Assembly (NCBI GenBank): GCA_030041035.1
Contig: JASHOO010000242.1
Span: 1 to 56,861 of the forward strand
Direction of reading: 5' to 3'
From: Bryobacteraceae bacterium
GTDB taxonomy: Bacteria; Acidobacteriota; Terriglobia; Bryobacterales; Bryobacteraceae
Length of the DNA stretch: 56,861 nucleotides
How positions within the stretch are numbered: position 1 is the stretch's first letter; every line of letters starts with the position of its first letter. The notes under the pieces are model-generated. The model was given only the letters and a program-made list of their open reading frames with translations, did not search any database and was not told where the DNA came from. A program made the translations under genes and the position numbers. Shown one piece after another: positions 45,577 to 54,599 of the stretch.

Positions 45577-46752
45577 ATGGCGCATTCGGCTACATATGCT
45601 CTTGTGGCGTCGCGTGAGCGGGCACAAACGGGCGCGGTGCCGTGGTACATCTGGTGCTGCCTGCTGGCGATTTTGTCGAGCTCGGTTGGCAGCGCGTGGG
45701 ACATCGCGTGGCACAAGAGCATCGGGCGCGACAGTTTCTGGACGCCGGCGCATGTGCTGATTTATTTGTGCGGGGTGCTGGCAGGACTGGGGTGCGCGTA
45801 TCTAATCCTGTCAGTCACGTTCCGGAAAGAATCGGCGCTGCGTGACCGGTCGATCGCGATGTGGGGATTTCACGGTCCGCTGGGCGCGTTCATCTGCGTG
45901 TGGGGCGCGGTAGGAATGATCACGTCGGCACCGTTCGACAACTGGTGGCACGGGGCGTACGGGCTGGATGTGAAGATCCTGAGCCCACCGCACATGCTGC
46001 TGGCGCTGGGGATGCTGGCGATCCGTTTCGGGACGGTGGTGCTGATTCTGGCGGAGGCGAATCGCGCGGAGGGCGCGTATCGCGAGAAGCTGGAGTGGGT
46101 TCTGCTTTGCGCCTTCGCGTTTCTGCTGGCCATGACGATTGGAGTCGAGGAAGAGCTGACCAATCGCGTTTTCATGCATGGCGCGAAGTTTTACGTGGTG
46201 GTGATGATGGCGGCGCCGGTGTGGATGGCGGCGGTAGCGCGGGCTTTCCGGCACCGGTGGGCCGCGACCATAGTGACGGCGCTGTACACGGCGCTGCACT
46301 TGGCCTACCTCTATACGCTTCAGTTTGTTCCGGCGGAACCGAAGCTGGGGCCCGTGTACCAGAAGGTCACGCATCTGATTCCGCCGGACTTTCCGTTGTT
46401 GGTGGTTGCGGGAGCGATTGTGTTCGATCTGGTGCGGCGGTGGATGGCACAGTGGGGACGGTGGGCGCAATCGGTAGCGTTGGGAGGCGCGTTTCTTGTG
46501 GGATTCGTCGCCGCCCAGTGGCCGTTCGCGGATTTTCTGATGTCGCCTATGTCGCGCAACCGGATCTTCGCGACGAATCAGTTCCCGTACATGATGCCAC
46601 CCATGTGGGCGCCGGTACGCCATGTCTTCGTGTTGACCGAGCACACGCCCGGCCAGTTTTGGGGACGCATGGCACTGGCGCTGGCTGTAGCGGTGGTGAC
46701 GACATGGATCGGATTGGGCTGGGGAGAGTGGATGCAGCGGGTGAAGCGGTAG
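45577..46752 (+). CDS. Polytopic membrane protein of unknown function (conserved His/Trp motifs)
   Basis: 391 aa with about 10 hydrophobic segments and the motifs WDIAWHKSIGRDSFWTPAHVLIY and APFDNWWHGAYGLDVKILSPPH. No family recognised. Confidence 0.7.
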   Translation: MAHSATYALVASRERAQTGAVPWYIWCCLLAILSSSVGSAWDIAWHKSIGRDSFWTPAHVLIYLCGVLAGLGCAYLILSVTFRKESALRDRSIAMWGFHGPLGAFICVWGAVGMITSAPFDNWWHGAYGLDVKILSPPHMLLALGMLAIRFGTVVLILAEANRAEGAYREKLEWVLLCAFAFLLAMTIGVEEELTNRVFMHGAKFYVVVMMAAPVWMAAVARAFRHRWAATIVTALYTALHLAYLYTLQFVPAEPKLGPVYQKVTHLIPPDFPLLVVAGAIVFDLVRRWMAQWGRWAQSVALGGAFLVGFVAAQWPFADFLMSPMSRNRIFATNQFPYMMPPMWAPVRHVFVLTEHTPGQFWGRMALALAVAVVTTWIGLGWGEWMQRVKR

Positions 46753-46778
46753 AGCGATCCTGTTACAGTTAGAGAAGC

Positions 46779-47144
46779 ATGGACGTCGAGCGGGCCATCG
46801 AGCACATCCTGGAAATCCAAGCGCGGGCAGAAGCGCGCATGGATCGGGCAGAAGCGCGCATGGATCGGGCAGAAGCACGCATGGATCGGGCGGAAGGACG
46901 CATGGACCGGACGGATCGCCAGATCAAGGCGATTCAAAAGTTGATTCAGACGGGGATGCGGATACTCGTTCAAATCGGGAATGGCCAGAAAAGAACCGAT
47001 GCGAAACTGGCCGAGTTGGCGGAGTCCCAGAAAAGGACGGACGGGAAACTGGCGGAACTGGTGGATGCGCAACTGAAGACGGACCGAAAACTCGACCGTT
47101 TGATTGAGGCTTTGCACAAGCGGTCGTCAAACGGCCGGCGGTGA
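46779..47144 (+). CDS. Small coiled-coil protein built from two tandem-repeat arrays
   Basis: 121 aa with 4 x RAEARMD heptads followed by 3 x 14-aa units (QKRTDAKLAELAES / QKRTDGKLAELVDA / QLKTDRKLDRLIEA). Confidence 0.6.
   Translation: MDVERAIEHILEIQARAEARMDRAEARMDRAEARMDRAEGRMDRTDRQIKAIQKLIQTGMRILVQIGNGQKRTDAKLAELAESQKRTDGKLAELVDAQLKTDRKLDRLIEALHKRSSNGRR
46824..46907 (+). repeat. 4 x 21-bp in-frame tandem repeat (cgggcagaagcgcgcatggat)
   Basis: Copies 1-2 are identical, copy 3 has one substitution and copy 4 is diverged. Seen directly in the sequence. Confidence 0.9.
46986..47111 (+). repeat. 3 x 42-bp in-frame diverged tandem repeat
   Basis: cagaaaagaaccgatgcgaaactggccgagttggcggagtcc / cagaaaaggacggacgggaaactggcggaactggtggatgcg / caactgaagacggaccgaaaactcgaccgtttgattgaggct. 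Confidence 0.8.
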
Positions 47145-47149
47145 CCGGC

Positions 47150-48325
47150 CTACCAAACAATCAGTCGTTTTAAACCTTGGGAGCAGAGTTCGAGGGCGGA
47201 AGCTTCCTCACCCACAGGAATCCGTTCAATCCGGCCTTTTCCCCATGGGCGCCAGCGTGAGAGGAAGCGCGGCGAGGGATAACCGACAAAGATGCTGAGC
47301 AGCGGGACGGCGCAGGCCGCAGCAACGTGCTGGCCGGCGGAATCGTAGCCGACGTAAAGATCGCTTCGGGCGATGGCGGAGGCGAACCCGGCGAAGGGGC
47401 CGCGGAAGGTGCGCACGCGGCCATGCGGCGCGCGGCAATTCGCGACGGCGCGTGCCACACGGTCGGCTTCTTCGCCGCCGGCGCCTTCATCGATCAACAC
47501 GTACGCTCCGGTTTTCACGACACGCCGCAGGAGCTGCTCTTCGAAGGGAGCGGCAACGCGCTTGGCGGGATTGTCGCCCACGCCGAGACTCATGGTGACG
47601 AGCGGACGGCCCGGGATTTCGGGGGCCACGGCGGGTGCAATCCAGGGCGTGGCATCGGGAACGGCGAGAGTCTCGTACGCCCAGCGCGCCGCAAGCACGG
47701 GCAGCGGATCATCGCCATCGCCGCCATAGGCGCGGCTTTCGAAGAAGCGGTAATTCTCTTCGGGGCAGACGGGCAGCAGACCGAGCTGCGTCAAGCGCGA
47801 GTCGGGATCGAGCACGATGGAATCGGGCTGGCTGAGCAATTGCCGCAGGTCGTGCCAAGGCGCCAGGCGTTCGGCCACGCTGCCGGAGCGCAGGTGAGGA
47901 ACAGCCGCGTGCTCGATGCGCGGATCAGCGGCGAACAATTCCCAGGATTTTCGGCTCCCTGTGAAGATGATGCGCGCGCGGGGGAAACGGCGTTTGGCGG
48001 CATCGAGCACAACGCTGGTGATGGCGACGTCGGCACCCAGGGTGACGCGGGAGAGGACGAAGACGGTTTTCGGATCGGCGGAGAAGGGGCGCGGCCGGCG
48101 CACGCGCTGGTAGCGGTGGATGAGATCGGAGGCACGCAACTCGGGAATTGCCTGCTCGATCAGTTCGGAGAACATGGCGGCGTAGACGTCGCAGAGGCGC
48201 GGCTCGAACAGGTCGGCCAGGCGCTCGATGACGATTCGGAACAGCGAGTCGGAGCAGGCGGGAGAGGCGAGTTGACGGAGAAGATCGTCCGGCCAGCGTG
48301 CGCCGTTCAGGCAGCAGGCGAGCAA
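47150..48325 (-). CDS. Glycosyltransferase family 9 (heptosyltransferase-like)
   Basis: VFVLSRVTLGADVAITSVVLDAAKRRFP...LYVGYDSAGQHVAAACAVPLLSIF. The start is uncertain: TTG 48325 is chosen because it sits just after the mtnP stop, and ATG 48175 is the alternative. The track ORF to 48511 overlaps mtnP. Confidence 0.65.
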   Translation of the reverse strand: MLACCLNGARWPDDLLRQLASPACSDSLFRIVIERLADLFEPRLCDVYAAMFSELIEQAIPELRASDLIHRYQRVRRPRPFSADPKTVFVLSRVTLGADVAITSVVLDAAKRRFPRARIIFTGSRKSWELFAADPRIEHAAVPHLRSGSVAERLAPWHDLRQLLSQPDSIVLDPDSRLTQLGLLPVCPEENYRFFESRAYGGDGDDPLPVLAARWAYETLAVPDATPWIAPAVAPEIPGRPLVTMSLGVGDNPAKRVAAPFEEQLLRRVVKTGAYVLIDEGAGGEEADRVARAVANCRAPHGRVRTFRGPFAGFASAIARSDLYVGYDSAGQHVAAACAVPLLSIFVGYPSPRFLSRWRPWGKGRIERIPVGEEASALELCSQGLKRLIVW

Positions 48326-48341
48326 CTCGGCTGCCAGATCA

Positions 48342-49205
48342 TTACACGAAGTACTTGCCAATGATGAGGTCCAGTTTCTGGCGCGTGGATTCGGGCACGA
48401 GGCTGCGGTCGGTGATGATGGCGTGCGCCAGCGCCGAGCCACACTTGCATGTGCGCTCAGCGGGCATCGCGGCCACGGCGGCCGCCACCACCTTCGCGGC
48501 GTTTTCCGCATTCTTGTGCAGATTCGCGAGGATGTCGGTGACGGTAACGGCGTCGTGTTCCTCGTGCCAGCAATCGTAGTCGGTGACCATGGCGACGGTG
48601 ACGTAGCAGACCTCGGCTTCGCGGGCGAGCTTGGCTTCCTGCAGATTGGTCATGCCGATGACGTCCATGCCCCAGCTTCGGTAGACGTTGGACTCGGCCT
48701 TGGTGGAGAACGCAGGGCCTTCCATACAGAGATAGGTACCACCGTTCTTGGCGTGGACGCCGGAGCCGCGCGCGGCCCGGCAGACCAGGTCGGCGAGCTG
48801 TGGGCAGACAGGATCGGCGAAGCTGATGTGGGCGACTAGGCCGTCGCCGAAAAAAGTGGAGGCGCGTCCGCGCGTGCGATCAAAAAACTGGTCGGGAATG
48901 ACGAATTCGAGCGGGTGATGCTCTTCTTTGAGCGAGCCGACGGCGCTGAGCGAGACAATGCGCTCGACGCCGAGCGATTTCATGCCATAGATGTTGGCGC
49001 GGAAATTCAGCTCCGAGGGCATGATGCGATGCCCGCGGCCGTGACGCGCGAGAAACGCCACGGGCTTGCCGGCCAGCGAACCCACGACGTAGTTATCCGA
49101 CGGCCAGCCCCAGGGCGTGTCGATGTTGACTTCGCGCTCAACTTCGAAGCCGGGCATGGAGTAGAGGCCGCTGCCGCCGATGATACCGATTTGAGCTTGA
49201 TGCAA
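48342..49205 (-). CDS. mtnP: S-methyl-5'-thioadenosine phosphorylase
   Basis: IGIIGGSGLY...FLARHGRGHRIMPSELNFRANIYGMKSLGVE...MEGPAFSTKAES...IGMT. Confidence 0.9.
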   Translation of the reverse strand: MHQAQIGIIGGSGLYSMPGFEVEREVNIDTPWGWPSDNYVVGSLAGKPVAFLARHGRGHRIMPSELNFRANIYGMKSLGVERIVSLSAVGSLKEEHHPLEFVIPDQFFDRTRGRASTFFGDGLVAHISFADPVCPQLADLVCRAARGSGVHAKNGGTYLCMEGPAFSTKAESNVYRSWGMDVIGMTNLQEAKLAREAEVCYVTVAMVTDYDCWHEEHDAVTVTDILANLHKNAENAAKVVAAAVAAMPAERTCKCGSALAHAIITDRSLVPESTRQKLDLIIGKYFV

Positions 49206-49241
49206 TGTGTCAGTCTCCGGGAAAAAGGGCGAATGCCTATT

Positions 49242-50411
49242 CTACTGGTCTTGGATCAACTCCAGCAGCACGCCGCCGGTGGAAGCGGGATGGACGAACA
49301 CGTAGCGATGGCCGCCGGCGCCGGTTTGCGGATCGTTGAGCAGGCGGGCGCCGGCCGCGCGAAGGCGCTCCACAGCGGCGGCCAAATCGGGAACGCGCAG
49401 AGCCACGTGATGGAGTCCTTCGCCGCGCTTGGCGAGAAAGCGGCCGATGACCGAATCGGGATCGACCGGTTCCAGCAGTTCAATGCGCGGGCCGCCGGCG
49501 GGCAACATGGCGACGTGCACTTTCTCATGCGGCACGGTCTCGCGCATCGAGACCTGCATGCCGAGCTGGTCTTCGTAGAAGCCGAGAGCGGCCTCGATGG
49601 ACTTGACGGCGACGCCAAGATGATCGATCGAGAAGCCGGACTTGGGCCTGGGAACTTGTGATTTCGCGTTGTGGCGACGCGCGGCGTAATCGTCAACAGC
49701 TTCAAGCACGCGGTCAACACCGGCGGCTTCAGTGGCTACGGTTTTGATGATCGGCGGGGCCCATCCATCTGGGCGCGTGCCGAGCGTCAGCAGGGCCTGG
49801 ATCTCGTGCTCCACGCGGTCGGCGCCGGGATGATCGGCTTTGTTGATCACGAAAATATCGGCGATTTCCATGATGCCGGCCTTAATGGCCTGCACGTCGT
49901 CGCCCATGCCGGGAACCAACACCAGTACGGTGATAGCGGCGACGCTCGCGATTTCGACTTCGTCCTGTCCAACGCCAACGGTCTCGATCAGCACATAGTC
50001 TTTGCCGGCGGCGTCGAGCAGTAAAGCCAGATCGGCCGTGGCGCGAGCGAGTCCGCCGGATGCGCCGCGCGTCGCAAGCGACCGGATGAAGACACCGGGG
50101 TCGCTGTGGTGATCCTGCATACGGATGCGATCGCCCAGAATCGCGCCGCCAGAGACGCGGCTGGTGGGATCGACGGCCAGAATGCCGACCGTTTTCCCCC
50201 GGCGGCGGATGGCGCGGGCCAGGGCGTCCACCAGCGTGCTCTTCCCAGCTCCCGGCGGTCCCGTGATTCCGGCCACGATGGCGTGGCCGGCCCGCGGAGC
50301 AAGCTCGCGCAGTAAACTCGCTGCTTCGGGCGCCTGATTCTCGATGGTTGTTGCGGCGCGGGCCAGCGCGCGCACGTCACCACCGGCAATGTGGTCTATC
50401 CAATCCGGCAT
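49242..50411 (-). CDS. MeaB/ArgK-type G3E GTPase fused to methylmalonyl-CoA epimerase (VOC) domain
   Basis: The N-terminal part has GITGPPGAGKSTLVDAL, LAVDPTSRVSGGAILGDRIRM and NKADH. The C-terminal ~130 aa (IDHLGVAVKSIEAALGFYEDQLG...GEGLHHVALRVPD...VFVHPASTGGVLLELIQ) is a glyoxalase/MCE fold. The ATG overlaps the upstream stop (TGATG). Confidence 0.85.
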   Translation of the reverse strand: MPDWIDHIAGGDVRALARAATTIENQAPEAASLLRELAPRAGHAIVAGITGPPGAGKSTLVDALARAIRRRGKTVGILAVDPTSRVSGGAILGDRIRMQDHHSDPGVFIRSLATRGASGGLARATADLALLLDAAGKDYVLIETVGVGQDEVEIASVAAITVLVLVPGMGDDVQAIKAGIMEIADIFVINKADHPGADRVEHEIQALLTLGTRPDGWAPPIIKTVATEAAGVDRVLEAVDDYAARRHNAKSQVPRPKSGFSIDHLGVAVKSIEAALGFYEDQLGMQVSMRETVPHEKVHVAMLPAGGPRIELLEPVDPDSVIGRFLAKRGEGLHHVALRVPDLAAAVERLRAAGARLLNDPQTGAGGHRYVFVHPASTGGVLLELIQDQ

Positions 50412-51553
50412 CAGTCTTTCAACAGTTGGCGTGCGATCACTAAGCGTTGGATCTCGCTCGTCCCTTCGCCGATGGTGCACAGCTTCACGTCGCGGTAGAA
50501 CTTCTCGACGGGATAATCCTTGATGAAGCCGTAGCCGCCGTGAATCTGCACCGCTTCATTGGCGATGCGTACTGCGGCTTCAGAAGCGAAAAGTTTCGCC
50601 ATGGCGGATTCGCGCGTCACGCGCCGGCCCTGGTCCAGCATGGAGGCAGCGCGATAGATGAGCAGCCGGGAAGCGTCTATGTCCGTCGCCATATCCACCA
50701 GCTTGTGCTGGATGGCCTGGAACTCGGAAATGGGCCGGCTGAACTGACGGCGCAATTTGGAATATTTGAGCGCGGCATCGTAGGCGCCCTGCGCCATGCC
50801 CAGGGCGAGCGCGGCGATGGAAATGCGGCCGCCATCGAGTGTCTTGAGGCTGTCGACAAAGCCTTCGCCCTGCTTGCCGAGCAATTGCGATGCAGGCAGC
50901 CGGCAATTCTCGAAAATCACTTCGCCGGTGGCACTGGCGCGGAGGCCGAGCTTGTTTTCCTTCTTGCCGGTGCGAAAGCCGGGCGTATCTTTCTCGATGA
51001 TGAACGCCGAAATTCCGTGCTGCGCACCGGCGCGATCGGTGACGGCCATGGCGACACAGACATCGGCGTAGTGCGCATTCGTGGTGAAGGTCTTCGCTCC
51101 GTTAAGCACCCAGCACTCGCCGTGGCGCACGGCAGAGGTGCGGGTTCCCGCAGCGTCAGAACCGGCTTCGGGCTCAGTGAGCGACCAGCACCCGATCCAT
51201 TCGCCCGTGGCGAGCTTGCTCAAATAGCGGCGGCGCTGCTCCTCAGTGCCCGCTTTGTAGATGTGATTGCTGCACAGAGAGGTGTGCGCGGCGACGATGA
51301 TGCCCACCGAGCCATCCACGCGCGAAAGCTCCTCAATGATGATGGCGTACTCGACGTAGCCCAGGCCCGCGCCGCCGCACTCTTCGGGAAAGATCGAGCC
51401 CATGTAGCCCAGGTGGCCCAGCTTCTTGACTACGTCGAGCGGAAAGATTTGCGCTTCATCCCACTCCATGACATGCGGGGCGATCTCGGCTTCGGCAAAT
51501 TCGCGCACGGCTTTACGCAGGTGGATTTGCTCCGGAGTGTAGTCGAAGTCCAC
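50411..51553 (-). CDS. Acyl-CoA dehydrogenase (short/branched-chain type)
   Basis: 380 aa with [15 protein letters not shown]...FITNA...[34 protein letters not shown]. Confidence 0.9.
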   Translation of the reverse strand: MDFDYTPEQIHLRKAVREFAEAEIAPHVMEWDEAQIFPLDVVKKLGHLGYMGSIFPEECGGAGLGYVEYAIIIEELSRVDGSVGIIVAAHTSLCSNHIYKAGTEEQRRRYLSKLATGEWIGCWSLTEPEAGSDAAGTRTSAVRHGECWVLNGAKTFTTNAHYADVCVAMAVTDRAGAQHGISAFIIEKDTPGFRTGKKENKLGLRASATGEVIFENCRLPASQLLGKQGEGFVDSLKTLDGGRISIAALALGMAQGAYDAALKYSKLRRQFSRPISEFQAIQHKLVDMATDIDASRLLIYRAASMLDQGRRVTRESAMAKLFASEAAVRIANEAVQIHGGYGFIKDYPVEKFYRDVKLCTIGEGTSEIQRLVIARQLLKD

Positions 51554-51922
51554 GGGTTCTCAGCGAATCCTCTAGTATCGTATAGGAGAGTGGCGGCTTG
51601 CGATGGCCAATCTTCAATGCCTGCTTCGAACGATCGCCGGGCTCAACTCATATCTCTGTAGCTGCGCGGACAATTAGGGGCCGCTCGTCGATGGTGCGAT
51701 TAGAAACTGCGTAAGTGGCTGCGACTCAAAGTGACGCCGATGGAACCAACATCACAGTGATGCGACCCGGGTGCTCTTCCAGGTACGAGAGAAGCCGGGG
51801 ACCGGCTGGGATTACGGCAGCCTACTCGCCGGCCGGAGCCGCGCGAGTTATTCTGGAGCGTTTCGATACGATGAGAAGACATCGTCGCATCCCGGGCCTG
51901 TGCTACGTTGTCAAGTTGCACG

Positions 51923-54016
51923 ATGCCGCCAAAAGCGCCGCGTAAGAATCAGTCCAGAAAGAAGGACCGGAAGGTCCACGCGACGGCCGTTGAGCCGCCA
52001 CGCAGGAGGCCGGGTGCGCTGTGGGCGGCGATGATAGCCCTGTGCGTCATCCTTTTCTACTGGGTCCCGCTGACCTCTTCGGCGGCCAGCATCCACTGGG
52101 ATGCCGCTGACATGCACTATCCCCTGCAGAAGTACTTCTCCGACCACATTCGCTCGGGGCGACTACCGTTCTGGACGCCGTACATTTTCTCAGGGTACCC
52201 GTTCTTAGCCAACCCGGAAGTCGCTGCTTTCTATCCGCCACATTGGCCTTTTTTTCTGTCCGGCGTGTCGCCACGGGCCATCCAGTGGGAGCTTGCCCTA
52301 CACGCATTTCTGGCTTGCTTCGGAGCTTGGCTCCTGATTTCGCGTCTGGTCGCGGACCGAGCTGCGTCGGTGATGGGTGCCTTTGCCTACGGTCTGTCAG
52401 GATTTTTCGCCGGGCATAGTTCACACGTCGGGTTGTTTTCGGCCGCTGCAGGTCTCCCCTGGCTGCTCGTTTGCTTCCATGAGGGTCTGGAATCCGGACC
52501 CCTGCTGTACACGGTCCTTGGCGGTCTGACGGGAGGAATGATGATTCTCGCCGGGTACGTCCAGACCGCCCTGTACGCATTCGCGGCACTTGGACTCTAC
52601 GCGCTGGCCTCGATTTACCGGATGCCTAAGCGCTGCGGGCGCGTTTTAGCGATCGTCGTCGGCATGTTCGCCATAGCGGTATCGGTGGCAGCGGTCCAGA
52701 TCCTCCCTGGCCTCGAGTTGACCAGGCGTTCGATCCGCGCCGCATACGACTTCTCCCGGAGCGGCCAGGGATCCTTGCATCTGAGCGCACTCTCAACGCT
52801 TTTCGCGCCGAATGCCCTGGGCGCGATCTCGGGCCCGTACACAGGTCCCTCCGACATCACCCAGTATTATTTCTATGCAGGTTTTCTCTTGGTGCCGCTG
52901 GCCGCGGTTGGCGCGGCAAAATCGCATGTGCGCCTCCCGGCCCTGGCCCTGATCATCCCGGCGGTCTGGTGTATGCTCGGTCCCAGCGCGGGGCTCTATC
53001 GTCTCAGCGCATTGCTGCCCGGCTTCGGCAAGGTACGCGCCCCCGTCCAGGGTTGGTTTGTCGTGGCGTTGGGATTGGCTCTCCTCGCTGCCGCTGGGTT
53101 CGCGTGGATCGTTCAACGCTGGAGATGGCCTTATCTCGCGCCGCTGCTGATCGCTGTCACGTTTGTCGATGTTTGGTATTGGAACTCACTGGTGAACCCT
53201 CTAGCCTATGGGCACGCGAGCTTCGATGAGTTGTACGGCAATGCGGAAGAGTCCACACGCCTGTACATTGCATCGTCGGTGCCGCCGCTGAGCCGTCTCG
53301 ACGCGCCCAGGACCCTCACCGCCCTCGGTCCGCTCGACCACCCTTTGGATCTCCACATGGAGACTACATACGGCTACTTCGCGCTCGAGCTGGCCGCGTA
53401 TGACGATTACACTAACGTCATGCAACGGAATTCCAAGCTCCGCGATGGTCTGAATGTTAGCTTCTTTCTCGCCCCCCGGCAAGGCCGTCTTCAGCCGAAC
53501 CCAACCATGCTGCCACGCGCATACTTCCCCACGTCTCTCGTCGATGCGGCAAACGCCGGCGAGTCGCGCAGGCTATTGGAAACCCTGGATCCCCCCGTCC
53601 GATCCGTCGTGCTCGGCCCTCATCCACCGATTCAGCAGGACGCCGGCGCCACGGCGACGGTCCGGTCGTACGACGAGCAAGGGATGCGGATCGACTATCG
53701 CGCAAAATCGCCCAGTCTTCTCCGCCTGAGTGTGCCGTGGTTCCCGGGCTGGCATGCGAGGATTGCCGGACAAGAGTGCCCAATCGTGCGCGTGGATCAT
53801 GCTCTGATCGGCGTGATCGTGCCGGCGGGCGATAGTGAGGTGGAGGTTCGTTTCGCCTCCAACTATTTCGGAGTGGGGCTGGCGATCAGCGCCGTCGGAC
53901 TCGCGTGCGCTTCATTCCTGGCGGTATATGCCGTCTGCAAACGAGACCCTGCGTTCTGGAAAGCGGGCCGCCACTCCATAACGCCAGGGTCGCAGCATGA
54001 CGGGGCATTGACGTGA
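51923..54016 (+). CDS. YfhO-like polytopic membrane protein (GT-C-type)
   Basis: A basic N-terminus, then many TM segments (WDAADMHYPLQKYF...FWTPYIFSGYPFLANP), and a C-terminal beta domain with SVPWFPGWHARIAGQECPIVRVDHALIGVIVPAG typical of YfhO proteins. The ATG at 51923 is preferred over TTG 51908. Confidence 0.7.
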   Translation: MPPKAPRKNQSRKKDRKVHATAVEPPRRRPGALWAAMIALCVILFYWVPLTSSAASIHWDAADMHYPLQKYFSDHIRSGRLPFWTPYIFSGYPFLANPEVAAFYPPHWPFFLSGVSPRAIQWELALHAFLACFGAWLLISRLVADRAASVMGAFAYGLSGFFAGHSSHVGLFSAAAGLPWLLVCFHEGLESGPLLYTVLGGLTGGMMILAGYVQTALYAFAALGLYALASIYRMPKRCGRVLAIVVGMFAIAVSVAAVQILPGLELTRRSIRAAYDFSRSGQGSLHLSALSTLFAPNALGAISGPYTGPSDITQYYFYAGFLLVPLAAVGAAKSHVRLPALALIIPAVWCMLGPSAGLYRLSALLPGFGKVRAPVQGWFVVALGLALLAAAGFAWIVQRWRWPYLAPLLIAVTFVDVWYWNSLVNPLAYGHASFDELYGNAEESTRLYIASSVPPLSRLDAPRTLTALGPLDHPLDLHMETTYGYFALELAAYDDYTNVMQRNSKLRDGLNVSFFLAPRQGRLQPNPTMLPRAYFPTSLVDAANAGESRRLLETLDPPVRSVVLGPHPPIQQDAGATATVRSYDEQGMRIDYRAKSPSLLRLSVPWFPGWHARIAGQECPIVRVDHALIGVIVPAGDSEVEVRFASNYFGVGLAISAVGLACASFLAVYAVCKRDPAFWKAGRHSITPGSQHDGALT

Positions 54017-54158
54017 CGGCTCAATGTCTTAGGCCCGGCCCGGCAAACCTGCCTGGCGGCGCACCGGCCCCACGGGCAGGCAGTGGTGCGTGTCGGCGGG
54101 TCTTGGCAGTTGCAGCAGTCGCTTTCGTATGACGCGGTGATCCGAAACTCGACCTGGA

Positions 54159-54599
54159 TTGAACTGCGAAAGGGAGAACCTGTTGCCGGACTCGACTTTT
54201 ACGCGCTACCCACTGCGAACGATCGCCGGGCTCAGTATTTCCGTGCTGCTTTCGCTTTACGGTGCGCTGCAATTTTATGGCGAACAACGAAAAACGGACC
54301 GGCGTCAGCCCGACCCTTACAAGCTGATCGACCAGGAGCGGCGGTTTGCGCCAGTGCGGGAGTTCGTGCCGCCCAACGCGCGGGTGGGTTATGTATCCGA
54401 CCTGGCGACTGACCCCGCGCTGTTGTTGACCGCACAATACGCGCTTGCCCCGCGGATGATCGTCAAGAATCCCACGTCAGAATGGGTCATCGGCAACTTT
54501 GCGCGGCCGCAGGACTTTGCGATATATGCGCGCACCCACGGGCTCATCCTGGTGAAAGAGTTTCCCGACGGCGTGATTCTGTTCCGGAGACCCCGGTGA
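54159..54599 (+). CDS. Small membrane-anchored hypothetical protein
   Basis: 146 aa ORF with one TM segment (IAGLSISVLLSLYGAL). Its stop overlaps the next start (TGATG at 54597-54601). The start is uncertain: TTG 54159, or TTG 54183 after GGGAG. Confidence 0.5.
   Translation: MNCERENLLPDSTFTRYPLRTIAGLSISVLLSLYGALQFYGEQRKTDRRQPDPYKLIDQERRFAPVREFVPPNARVGYVSDLATDPALLLTAQYALAPRMIVKNPTSEWVIGNFARPQDFAIYARTHGLILVKEFPDGVILFRRPR

Noticed and set aside
45811-46878. 355-aa minus-strand ORF and 303-aa out-of-frame plus ORF (45861..46772) over the membrane-protein gene.
   Set aside because: Both are R/H/P/G-rich and implausible. The 45577..46752 frame gives a coherent polytopic membrane protein.
50447-51661. 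404-aa plus-strand ORF antisense to acyl-CoA dehydrogenase. Similar long antisense or out-of-frame ORFs occur at 941..1966, 30121..31050, 30636..31343, 42299..43294, 26468..27124 and 26989..27717.
   Set aside because: Each overlaps a gene with strong family motifs on the other strand or frame and has a skewed Arg/Ala/Gly/Pro composition. These are GC-driven open frames, not genes.
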